Shown here: in pieces, positions 33,929-46,597 of the stretch
Layout of the letters: each line of letters starts with the position of its first letter
Numbering within the stretch: the stretch's first letter is position 1
Source: the human T2T-CHM13v2.0 reference genome, Homo sapiens
DNA: 64,000 nucleotides
Direction: 5' to 3' (one strand)
NCBI RefSeq assembly: GCF_009914755.1
Contig: NC_060943.1
Notes under the pieces: model-generated
What the model was told of the DNA's origin: nothing
The model's input: the letters and a program-made list of their open reading frames with translations, nothing else
The model's database searches: none
Position numbers and translations under genes: made by a program

Positions 33929-36414
33929 CCTTCTCGCTCTTTCCGTGGCCCTCTCTTTCTGTCTCTGTCCGTCTGTGTGCGTGCGCCTCGGGACACATGT
34001 GCCCTGTGCGCCGGAGGGTGGGTTTCTTGCACGTCGGCCTTTCTTCTGGTCAGCCTCTCCCCGCGTCTCTGCCTGGGTCGTGTGACCGGTTGGCAGTCGT
34101 CGTCCCGGCGGTTCCAGTTTGGGGGTCTGTGAAGGCCTGGGCAACGTGGGCATCGGCGTCGGACCCGCAGGGGTTTTCATCCCCTCCCCATCCGGAGCAG
34201 CCTCTTTGCTAGGCTGGATCCAGACGAGCGCTCCCCAACCAAGGACAACGGCCTCCCAGGCGCTCATCGTCCACCCGCAGGAGGGTGCCCGCAGAGCTTC
34301 AAGAAGGTGGTTGTCACGCCTGTCGCCCTCTGCCCTCATCGAGAAATGTAGCCACAGCTCGACGCAGGGACGGAGAAGGAAGCCGGCAAGGGGATGGGGC
34401 AAGCATGTCTGTCTCTCAAAGGCTGGCCTTCCTGGCCGAGTCACCCGTTTGACACTCCTCCCCGGATGCCGGTGGTGGTGGCATGGCCCCCCCGTATCCT
34501 GCCTGGGCTCTGGCCTCTGCTCTGACCTCCCTCTTGCTGTGTCTGCCCCGTCTCTGAGAAGCCTGGCGGCTTCTTAGTGTGGCTCAGTGTCTTCCACAAA
34601 GAAGACTTCCCCGTCCATCAGGGAGAAACCTCGTGGCGGTCCGCGTCATGATTGTTTCCCTCTCCACACCTCTTTCTGGATGATTGGGCAGCTGTGGTGA
34701 TCCTGGAGCTCTGGGCTTCCATACCTGTGTGGGACAGGGAAGCTCTCTCGGTCTCCATGGCCCAAGTGATGGCTGCACGCTCGGTCCAGGAAGAGGCGGA
34801 GGCAAGCCCACCGCTCCTGACATTGGCCTTCTAGGAAAGGCGGTGTTGCATCCCACCTGCACTTCCTCTCTGATTCTTGAGGGCCAACCGCTTCCTCCGC
34901 TCCTGGGGAAAGTGCCTTCTAGCACCGAATCTTTTGGCTGCCACGGATGTCAGGGAGCCAACGGGACTGGGTTTTGGCTGGGTGCAGGGGAGGTTGCGTC
35001 AGGGGTACCTAGCCGGCGGCGGGCTGGGGGTGGGGTGTACTTTGTCCAAACCTCTCGGCTCCTCTGGCGGGCCTCCCTGAACGTGGCGTGGACTCGCGCA
35101 CAGGCCCTGTCTCGCAGGTTTTCAGGTGCGCTTGGCTTTTCCTCCGCTTTGTGGGGCAGGTCTCCAGTGGCCCCCCGGGCGCACGCCTGGACATCACTGT
35201 CCGTCTCGTCGTCGCCCCCTACGGCCTCAAAGACACACGCTGCCTGCATGTGCTCTTGGGGGACGACAGTGCCACATGGGGACACACTGGCTCCAGCTCG
35301 GACTCGCCTCTGTCTCTCTTTGCCCGTGTCGCCGGAAGCCGCCTCGGGTTGCCGGAGCCCTCGGGCCTTGGAGATGAAGGCAGGCCCCTGCTCCTGCCAG
35401 GAAGGAGGGAGGCAGTGGGCTCATGGGTCGGTGCCTTTGCAGCCGACAGCACGCCTTGCGGCCCTGGGGATCTTCCTGTGCCCCGGCGAGACCCTTTCCG
35501 CCTCACTGCATTGGAACCCCATTCCCGATCACCCGCTGGGATCCATCATCGGACCCCAAGAGGAGTCCGCGCAGCCCAGCCGGCACCCCGAAGCTCCTCC
35601 TTCAGTGGGAACCGAAGCAGAAGAGCGATCAAGGAGGTCCTCACCACAGGACTCATGGGTCCGACCATGGGTCTCCCGCAGGCCCCTCTGGCAGTCCTCT
35701 CCCCACCCGCCGCCTCGGGCTGCGCCTTCGCCGCCGCCGCCGCAACCTCCAGCACCGCCGCCCCAGGCCCCGCAGCCGCCGCGTCGCCGCCATTTTTTAA
35801 AGGGTCCGCAGCCTGACTCTGCGGAGTAAGGGGGGGTGGAGCGGGGGAGTCGGCCTCGCCAGCGCGCATGCGCGAGGCCCGAGCCGCCGCTTGGGTCACA
35901 GTGAAAGCCACCGTTGCCCGGGGATGGGTCCCTGACACTTGGGGAAGTAGGAACCCTGTGTGATCGTGCGTCTGAGTCTGGGCTGAGACCAGTCCTGGCC
36001 AGGGCAGTTACCAGGACGGTCTCCGGAGGCCGGGATTCGCGGAGGGTCCAGCAGCAGGAAGAAACCCCAGGAGGAAGAAACCTCAGACAGATCGCCGGCG
36101 AGGCAGCGCGGGATCCCAGCCTCAGGCGTGCGCGGACGGTGTGCGGGTGAGTCTCCCCAAAAGTGGAGCCCTTGTGATGACGAGCACAGGTCCGCCTGCG
36201 TGCCCGTGGGCTGCTCTCTCACCGGTGGCTCTCAGTCGCGGAGAGCAGAACCCGGCAGCTTCAGGGGCTGCCTGCGGGAGGGTGTTCCCTGCTGTACGTG
36301 TGTGTTCGTCATGGGTGTGTGTGTGTGTGTGTTGGGGGGGGTGCGTCTGTGTGTGTGTCTGTGTGTGTGCGCGCGCAGTGCCTGTCTGTGTGCCGACTTC
36401 TGTCTCTCTCTCAC

Positions 36415-36457
<43 letters not shown>

Positions 36458-38955
36458 TCCCTCTCTCCCTTCTCGCTCTTTCCGTGGCCCTCTCTTTCTG
36501 TCTCTGTCCGTCTGTGTGTGCGTGCGCCTCGGGACACATGTGCCCTGTGCGCCGGAGGGTGGGTTTCTTGCACGTCGGCCTTTCTTCTGGTCAGCCTCTC
36601 CCCGCGTCTCTGTCTGGGTCGTGTGGCCGGTTGGCAGTCGTCGTCCCGGCGGTTCCAGTTTGGGGGTCTGTGAAGGCCTGGGCAACGTGGGCATCGGCGT
36701 CGGACCCGCAGGGGTTTTCATCCCCTCCCCATCCGGAGCAGCCTCTTTGCTAGGCTGGATCCAGACGAGCGCTCCCCAACCAAGGACAACGGCCTCCCAG
36801 GCGCTCATCGTCCACCCGCAGGAGGGTGCCCGCAGAGCTTCAAGAAGGTGGTTGTCACGCCTGTCGCCCTCTGCCCTCATCGAGAAATGTAGCCACAGCT
36901 CGACGCAGGGACGGAGAAGGAAGCCGGCAAGGGGATGGGGCAAGCATGTCTGTCTCTCAAAGGCTGGCCTTCCTGGCCGAGTCACCCGTTTGACACTCCT
37001 CCCCGGATGCCGGTGGTGGTGGCATGGCCCCCCCGTATCCTGCCTGGGCTCTGGCCTCTGCTCTGACCTCCCTCTTGCTGTGTCTGCCCCGTCTCTGAGA
37101 AGCCTGGCGGCTTCTTAGTGTGGCTCAGTGTCTTCCACAAAGAAGACTTCCCCGTCCATCAGGGAGAAACCTCGTGGCGGTCCGCGTCATGCTTGTTTCC
37201 CTCTCCACACCTCTTTCTGGATGATTGGGCAGCTGTGGTGATCCTGGAGCTCTGGGCTTCCATACCTGTGTGGGACAGGGAAGCTCTCTCGGTCTCCATG
37301 GCCCAAGTGATGGCTGCACGCTCGGTCCAGGAAGAGGCGGAGGCAAGCCCACCGCTCCTGACATTGGCCTTCTAGGAAAGGCGGTGTTGCATCCCACCTG
37401 CACTTCCTCTCTGATTCTTGAGGGCCAACCGCTTCCTCCGCTCCTGGGGAAAGTGCCTTCTAGCACCGAATCTTTTGGCTGCCACGGATGTCAGGGAGCC
37501 AACGGGACTGGGTTTTGGCTGGGTGCAGGGGAGGTTGCGTCAGGGGTACCTAGCCGGCGGCGGGCTGGGGGTGGGGTGTACTTTGTCCAAACCTCTCGGC
37601 TCCTCTGGCGGGCCTCCCTGAACGTGGCGTGGACTCGCGCACAGGCCCTGTCTCGCAGGTTTTCAGGTGCGCTTGGCTTTTCCTCCGCTTTGTGGGGCAG
37701 GTCTCCAGTGGCCCCCCGGGCGCACGCCTGGACATCACTGTCCGTCTCGTCGTCGCCCCCTACGGCCTCAAAGACACACGCTGCCTGCATGTGCTCTTGG
37801 GGGACGACAGTGCCACATGTGGACACGCTGGCTCCAGCTCGGACTCGCCTCTGTCTCTCTTTGCCCGTGTCGCCGGAAGCCGCCTCGGGTTGCCGGAGCC
37901 CTCGGGCCTTGGAGATGAAGGCAGGCCCCTGCTCCTGCCAGGAAGGAGGGAGGCAGTGGGCTCATGGGTCGGTGCCTTTGCAGCCGACAGCACGCCTTGC
38001 GGCCCTGGGGATCTTCCTGTGCCCCGGCGAGACCCTTTCCGCCTCACTGCATTGGAACCCCATTCCCGATCACCCGCTGGGATCCATCATCGGACCCCAA
38101 GAGGAGTCCGCGCAGCCCAGCCGGCACCCCGAAGCTCCTCCTTCAGTGGGAACCGAAGCAGAAGAGCGATCAAGGAGGTCCTCACCACAGGACTCATGGG
38201 TCCGACCATGGGTCTCCCGCAGGCCCCTCTGGCAGTCCTCTCCCCACCCGCCGCCTCGGGCTGCGCCTTCGCCGCCGCCGCCGCAACCTCCAGCACCGCC
38301 GCCCCAGGCCCCGCAGCCGCCGCGTCGCCGCCATTTTTTAAAGGGTCCGCAGCCTGACTCTGCGGAGTAAGGGGGGGTGGAGCGGGGGAGTCGGCCTCGC
38401 CAGCGCGCATGCGCGAGGCCCGAGCCGCCGCTTGGGTCACAGTGAAAGCCACCGTTGCCCGGGGATGGGTCCCTGACACTTGGGGAAGTAGGAACCCTGT
38501 GTGATCGTGCGTCTGAGTCTGGGCTGAGACCAGTCCTGGCCAGGGCAGTTACCAGGACGGTCTCCGGAGGCCGGGATTCGCGGAGGGTCCAGCAGCAGGA
38601 AGAAACCCCAGGAGGAAGAAACCTCAGACAGATCGCCGGCGAGGCAGCGCGGGATCCCAGCCTCAGGCGTGCGCGGACGGTGTGCGGGTGAGTCTCCCCA
38701 AAAGTGGAGCCCTTGTGATGACGAGCACAGGTCCGCCTGCGTGCCCGTGGGCTGCTCTCTCACCGGTGGCTCTCAGTCGCGGAGAGCAGAACCCGGCAGC
38801 TTCAGGGGCTGCCTGCGGGAGGGTGTTCCCTGCTGTACGTGTGTGTTCGTCATGGGTGTGTGTGTGTGTGTGTTGGGGGGGGTGCGTCTGTGTGTGTGTC
38901 TGTGTGTGTGCGCGCGCAGTGCCTGTCTGTGTGCCGACTTCTGTCTCTCTCTCAC

Positions 38956-39002
<47 letters not shown>

Positions 39003-41492
39003 CCTTCTCGCTCTTTCCGTGGCCCTCTCTTTCTGTCTCTGTCCGTCTGTGTGTGCGTGCGCCTCGGGACACATGTGCCCTGTGCGCCGGAGGGTGGGTT
39101 TCTTGCACGTCGGCCTTTCTTCTGGTCAGCCTCTCCCCGCGTCTCTGCCTGGGTCGTGTGGCCGGTTGGCAGTCGTCGTCCCGGCGGTTCCAGTTTGGGG
39201 GTCTGTGAAGGCCTGGGCAACGTGGGCATCGGCGTCGGACCCGCAGGGGTTTTCATCCCCTCCCCATCCGGAGCAGCCTCTTTGCTAGGCTGGATCCAGA
39301 CGAGCGCTCCCCAACCAAGGACAACGGCCTCCCAGGCGCTCATCGTCCACCCGCAGGAGGGTGCCCGCAGAGCTTCAAGAAGGTGGTTGTCACGCCTGTC
39401 GCCCTCTGCCCTCATCGAGAAATGTAGCCACAGCTCGACGCAGGGACGGAGAAGGAAGCCGGCAAGGGGATGGGGCAAGCATGTCTGTCTCTCAAAGGCT
39501 GGCCTTCCTGGCCGAGTCACCCGTTTGACACTCCTCCCCGGATGCCGGTGGTGGTGGCATGGCCCCCCCGTATCCTGCCTGGGCTCTGGCCTCTGCTCTG
39601 ACCTCCCTCTTGCTGTGTCTGCCCCGTCTCTGAGAAGCCTGGCGGCTTCTTAGTGTGGCTCAGTGTCTTCCACAAAGAAGACTTCCCCGTCCATCAGGGA
39701 GAAACCTCGTGGCGGTCCGCGTCATGCTTGTTTCCCTCTCCACACCTCTTTCTGGATGATTGGGCAGCTGTGGTGATCCTGGAGCTCTGGGCTTCCATAC
39801 CTGTGTGGGACAGGGAAGCTCTCTCGGTCTCCATGGCCCAAGTGATGGCTGCACGCTCGGTCCAGGAAGAGGCGGAGGCAAGCCCACCGCTCCTGACATT
39901 GGCCTTCTAGGAAAGGCGGTGTTGCATCCCACCTGCACTTCCTCTCTGATTCTTGAGGGCCAACCGCTTCCTCCGCTCCTGGGGAAAGTGCCTTCTAGCA
40001 CCGAATCTTTTGGCTGCCACGGATGTCAGGGAGCCAACGGGACTGGGTTTTGGCTGGGTGCAGGGGAGGTTGCGTCAGGGGTACCTAGCCGGCGGCGGGC
40101 TGGGGGTGGGGTGTACTTTGTCCAAACCTCTCGGCTCCTCTGGCGGGCCTCCCTGAACGTGGCGTGGACTCGCGCACAGGCCCTGTCTCGCAGGTTTTCA
40201 GGTGCGCTTGGCTTTTCCTCCGCTTTGTGGGGCAGGTCTCCAGTGGCCCCCCGGGCGCACGCCTGGACATCACTGTCCGTCTCGTCGTCGCCCCCTACGG
40301 CCTCAAAGACACACGCTGCCTGCATGTGCTCTTGGGGGACGACAGTGCCACATGTGGACACACTGGCTCCAGCTCGGACTCGCCTCTGTCTCTCTTTGCC
40401 CGTGTCGCCGGAAGCCGCCTCGGGTTGCCGGAGCCCTCGGGCCTTGGAGATGAAGGCAGGCCCCTGCTCCTGCCAGGAAGGAGGGAGGCAGTGGGCTCAT
40501 GGGTCGGTGCCTTTGCAGCCGACAGCACGCCTTGCGGCCCTGGGGATCTTCCTGTGCCCCGGCGAGACCCTTTCCGCCTCACTGCATTGGAACCCCATTC
40601 CCGATCACCCGCTGGGATCCATCATCGGACCCCAAGAGGAGTCCGCGCAGCCCAGCCGGCACCCCGAAGCTCCTCCTTCAGTGGGAACCGAAGCAGAAGA
40701 GCGATCAAGGAGGTCCTCACCACAGGACTCCTATGGGTCCGACCCTGGGTCTCCCGCAGGCCCCTCTGGCAGTCCTCTTCCCACCCGCCGCCTCGGGCTG
40801 CGCCTTCGCCGCCGCCGCCGCAACCTCCAGCACCGCCGCCCCAGGCCCCGCAGCCGCCGCGTCGCCGCCATTTTTTAAAGGGTCCGCAGCCTGACTCTGC
40901 GGAGTAAGGGGGGGTGGAGCGGGGGAGTCGGCCTCGCCAGCGCGCATGCGCGAGGCCCGAGCCGCCGCTTGGGTCACAGTGAAAGCCACCGTTGCCCGGG
41001 GATGGGTCCCTGACACTTGGGGAAGTAGGAGCCCTGTGTGATCGTGCGTCTGAGTCTGGGCTGAGACCAGTCCTGGCCAGGGCAGTTACCAGGACGGTCT
41101 CCGGAGGCCGGGATTCGCGGAGGGTCCAGCAGCAGGAAGAAACCCCAGGAGGAAGAAACCTCAGACAGATCGCCGGCGAGGCAGCGCGGGATCCCAGCCT
41201 CAGGCGTGCGCGGACGGTGTGCGGGTGAGTCTCCCCAAAAGTGGAGCCCTTGTGATGACGAGCACAGGTCCGCCTGCGTGCCCGTGGGCTGCTCTCTCAC
41301 CGGTGGCTCTCAGTCGCGGAGAGCAGAACCCGGCAGCTTCAGGGGCTGCCTGCGGGAGGGTGTTCCCTGCTGTACGTGTGTGTTCGTCATGGGTGTGTGT
41401 GTGTGTGTGTTGGGGGGGGTGCGTCTGTGTGTGTGTCTGTGTGTGTGCGCGCGCAGTGCCTGTCTGTGTGCCGACTTCTGTCTCTCTCTCAC

Positions 41493-41531
<39 letters not shown>

Positions 41532-44021
41532 CCTTCTCGCTCTTTCCGTGGCCCTCTCTTTCTGTCTCTGTCCGTCTGTGTGTGCGTGCGCCTCGGGACA
41601 CATGTGCCCTGTGCGCCGGAGGGTGGGTTTCTTGCACGTCGGCCTTTCTTCTGGTCAGCCTCTCCCCGCGTCTCTGCCTGGGTCGTGTGGCCGGTTGGCA
41701 GTCGTCGTCCCGGCGGTTCCAGTTTGGGGGTCTGTGAAGGCCTGGGCAACGTGGGCATCGGCGTCGGACCCGCAGGGGTTTTCATCCCCTCCCCATCCGG
41801 AGCAGCCTCTTTGCTAGGCTGGATCCAGACGAGCGCTCCCCAACCAAGGACAACGGCCTCCCAGGCGCTCATCGTCCACCCGCAGGAGGGTGCCCGCAGA
41901 GCTTCAAGAAGGTGGTTGTCACGCCTGTCGCCCTCTGCCCTCATCGAGAAATGTAGCCACAGCTCGACGCAGGGACGGAGAAGGAAGCCGGCAAGGGGAT
42001 GGGGCAAGCATGTCTGTCTCTCAAAGGCTGGCCTTCCTGGCCGAGTCACCCGTTTGACACTCCTCCCCGGATGCCGGTGGTGGTGGCATGGCCCCCCCGT
42101 ATCCTGCCTGGGCTCTGGCCTCTGCTCTGACCTCCCTCTTGCTGTGTCTGCCCCGCCTCTGAGAAGCCTGGCGGCTTCTTAGTGTGGCTCAGTGTCTTCC
42201 ACAAAGAAGACTTCCCCGTCCATCAGGGAGAAACCTCGTGGCGGTCCGCGTCATGATTGTTTCCCTCTCCACACCTCTTTCTGGATGATTGGGCAGCTGT
42301 GGTGATCCTGGAGCTCTGGGCTTCCATACCTGTGTGGGACAGGGAAGCTCTCTCGGTCTCCATGGCCCAAGTGATGGCTGCACGCTCGGTCCAGGAAGAG
42401 GCGGAGGCAAGCCCACCGCTCCTGACATTGGCCTTCTAGGAAAGGCGGTGTTGCATCCCACCTGCACTTCCTCTCTGATTCTTGAGGGCCAACCGCTTCC
42501 TCCGCTCCTGGGGAAAGTGCCTTCTAGCACCGAATGTTTTGGCTGCCACGGATGTCAGGGAGCCAACGGGACTGGGTTTTGGCTGGGTGCAGGGGAGGTT
42601 GCGTCAGGGGTACCTAGCCGGCGGCGGGCTGGGGGTGGGGTGTACTTTGTCCAAACCTCTCGGCTCCTCTGGCGGGCCTCCCTGAACGTGGCGTGGACTC
42701 GCGCACAGGCCCTGTCTCGCAGGTTTTCAGGTGCGCTTGGCTTTTCCTCCGCTTTGTGGGGCAGGTCTCCAGTGGCCCCCCGGGCGCACGCCTGGACATC
42801 ACTGTCCGTCTCGTCGTCGCCCCCTACGGCCTCAAAGACACACGCTGCCTGCATGTGCTCTTGGGGGACGACAGTGCCACATGTGGACACACTGGCTCCA
42901 GCTCGGACTCGCCTCTGTCTCTCTTTGCCCGTGTCGCCGGAAGCCGCCTCGGGTTGCCGGAGCCCTCGGGCCTTGGAGATGAAGGCAGGCCCCTGCTCCT
43001 GCCAGGAAGGAGGGAGGCAGTGGGCTCATGGGTCGGTGCCTTTGCAGCCGACAGCACGCCTTGCGGCCCTGGGGATCTTCCTGTGCCCCGGCGAGACCCT
43101 TTCCGCCTCACTGCATTGGAACCCCATTCCCGATCACCCGCTGGGATCCATCATCGGACCCCAAGAGGAGTCCGCGCAGCCCAGCCGGCACCCCGAAGCT
43201 CCTCCTTCAGTGGGAACCGAAGCAGAAGAGCGATCAAGGAGGTCCTCACCACAGGACTCCTATGGGTCCGACCCTGGGTCTCCCGCAGGCCCCTCTGGCA
43301 GTCCTCTTCCCACCCGCCGCCTCGGGCTGCGCCTTCGCCGCCGCCGCCGCAACCTCCAGCACCGCCGCCCCAGGCCCCGCAGCCGCCGCGTCGCCGCCAT
43401 TTTTTAAAGGGTCCGCAGCCTGACTCTGCGGAGTAAGGGGGGGTGGAGCGGGGGAGTCGGCCTCGCCAGCGCGCATGCGCGAGGCCCGAGCCGCCGCTTG
43501 GGTCACAGTGAAAGCCACCGTTGCCCGGGGATGGGTCCCTGACACTTGGGGAAGTAGGAGCCCTGTGTGATCGTGCGTCTGAGTCTGGGCTGAGACCAGT
43601 CCTGGCCAGGGCAGTTACCAGGACGGTCTCCGGAGGCCGGGATTCGCGGAGGGTCCAGCAGCAGGAAGAAACCCCAGGAGGAAGAAACCTCAGACAGATC
43701 GCCGGCGAGGCAGCGCGGGATCCCAGCCTCAGGCGTGCGCGGACGGTGTGCGGGTGAGTCTCCCCAAAAGTGGAGCCCTTGTGATGACGAGCACAGGTCC
43801 GCCTGCGTGCCCGTGGGCTGCTCTCTCACCGGTGGCTCTCAGTCGCGGAGAGCAGAACCCGGCAGCTTCAGGGGCTGCCTGCGGGAGGGTGTTCCCTGCT
43901 GTACGTGTGTGTTCGTCATGGGTGTGTGTGTGTGTGTGTTGGGGGGGGTGCGTCTGTGTGTGTGTCTGTGTGTGTGCGCGCGCAGTGCCTGTCTGTGTGC
44001 CGACTTCTGTCTCTCTCTCAC

Positions 44022-44064
<43 letters not shown>

Positions 44065-46554
44065 CCTTCTCGCTCTTTCCGTGGCCCTCTCTTTCTGTCT
44101 CTGTCCGTCTGTGTGTGCGTGCGCCTCGGGACACATGTGCCCTGTGCGCCGGAGGGTGGGTTTCTTGCACGTCGGCCTTTCTTCTGGTCAGCCTCTCCCC
44201 GCGTCTCTGCCTGGGTCGTGTGGCCGGTTGGCAGTCGTCGTCCCGGCGGTTCCAGTTTGGGGGTCTGTGAAGGCCTGGGCAACGTGGGCATCGGCGTCGG
44301 ACCCGCAGGGGTTTTCATCCCCTCCCCATCCGGAGCAGCCTCTTTGCTAGGCTGGATCCAGACGAGCGCTCCCCAACCAAGGACAACGGCCTCCCAGGCG
44401 CTCATCGTCCACCCGCAGGAGGGTGCCCGCAGAGCTTCAAGAAGGTGGTTGTCACGCCTGTCGCCCTCTGCCCTCATCGAGAAATGTAGCCACAGCTCGA
44501 CGCAGGGACGGAGAAGGAAGCCGGCAAGGGGATGGGGCAAGCATGTCTGTCTCTCAAAGGCTGGCCTTCCTGGCCGAGTCACCCGTTTGACACTCCTCCC
44601 CGGATGCCGGTGGTGGTGGCATGGCCCCCCCGTATCCTGCCTGGGCTCTGGCCTCTGCTCTGACCTCCCTCTTGCTGTGTCTGCCCCGTCTCTGAGAAGC
44701 CTGGCGGCTTCTTAGTGTGGCTCAGTGTCTTCCACAAAGAAGACTTCCCCGTCCATCAGGGAGAAACCTCGTGGCGGTCCGCGTCATGATTGTTTCCCTC
44801 TCCACACCTCTTTCTGGATGATTGGGCAGCTGTGGTGATCCTGGAGCTCTGGGCTTCCATACCTGTGTGGGACAGGGAAGCTCTCTCGGTCTCCATGGCC
44901 CAAGTGATGGCTGCACGCTCGGTCCAGGAAGAGGCGGAGGCAAGCCCACCGCTCCTGACATTGGCCTTCTAGGAAAGGCGGTGTTGCATCCCACCTGCAC
45001 TTCCTCTCTGATTCTTGAGGGCCAACCGCTTCCTCCGCTCCTGGGGAAAGTGCCTTCTAGCACCGAATCTTTTGGCTGCCACGGATGTCAGGGAGCCAAC
45101 GGGACTGGGTTTTGGCTGGGTGCAGGGGAGGTTGCGTCAGGGGTACCTAGCCGGCGGCGGGCTGGGGGTGGGGTGTACTTTGTCCAAACCTCTCGGCTCC
45201 TCTGGCGGGCCTCCCTGAACGTGGCGTGGACTCGCGCACAGGCCCTGTCTCGCAGGTTTTCAGGTGCGCTTGGCTTTTCCTCCGCTTTGTGGGGCAGGTC
45301 TCCAGTGGCCCCCCGGGCGCACGCCTGGACATCACTGTCCGTCTCGTCGTCGCCCCCTACGGCCTCAAAGACACACGCTGCCTGCATGTGCTCTTGGGGG
45401 ACGACAGTGCCACATGTGGACACGCTGGCTCCAGCTCGGACTCGCCTCTGTCTCTCTTTGCCCGTGTCGCCGGAAGCCGCCTCGGGTTGCCGGAGCCCTC
45501 GGGCCTTGGAGATGAAGGCAGGCCCCTGCTCCTGCCAGGAAGGAGGGAGGCAGTGGGCTCATGGGTCGGTGCCTTTGCAGCCGACAGCACGCCTTGCGGC
45601 CCTGGGGATCTTCCTGTGCCCCGGCGAGACCCTTTCCGCCTCACTGCATTGGAACCCCATTCCCGATCACCCGCTGGGATCCATCATCGGACCCCAAGAG
45701 GAGTCCGCGCAGCCCAGCCGGCACCCCGAAGCTCCTCCTTCAGTGGGAACCGAAGCAGAAGAGCGATCAAGGAGGTCCTCACCACAGGACTCCTATGGGT
45801 CCGACCCTGGGTCTCCCGCAGGCCCCTCTGGCAGTCCTCTTCCCACCCGCCGCCTCGGGCTGCGCCTTCGCCGCCGCCGCCGCAACCTCCAGCACCGCCG
45901 CCCCAGGCCCCGCAGCCGCCGCGTCGCCGCCATTTTTTAAAGGGTCCGCAGCCTGACTCTGCGGAGTAAGGGGGGGTGGAGCGGGGGAGTCGGCCTCGCC
46001 AGCGCGCATGCGCGAGGCCCGAGCCGCCGCTTGGGTCACAGTGAAAGCCACCGTTGCCCGGGGATGGGTCCCTGACACTTGGGGAAGTAGGAGCCCTGTG
46101 TGATCGTGCGTCTGAGTCTGGGCTGAGACCAGTCCTGGCCAGGGCAGTTACCAGGACGGTCTCCGGAGGCCGGGATTCGCGGAGGGTCCAGCAGCAGGAA
46201 GAAACCCCAGGAGGAAGAAACCTCAGACAGATCGCCGGCGAGGCAGCGCGGGATCCCAGCCTCAGGCGTGCGCGGACGGTGTGCGGGTGAGTCTCCCCAA
46301 AAGTGGAGCCCTTGTGATGACGAGCACAGGTCCGCCTGCGTGCCCGTGGGCTGCTCTCTCACCGGTGGCTCTCAGTCGCGGAGAGCAGAACCCGGCAGCT
46401 TCAGGGGCTGCCTGCGGGAGGGTGTTCCCTGCTGTACGTGTGTGTTCGTCATGGGTGTGTGTGTGTGTGTGTTGGGGGGGGTGCGTCTGTGTGTGTGTCT
46501 GTGTGTGTGCGCGCGCAGTGCCTGTCTGTGTGCCGACTTCTGTCTCTCTCTCAC

Positions 46555-46597
<43 letters not shown>

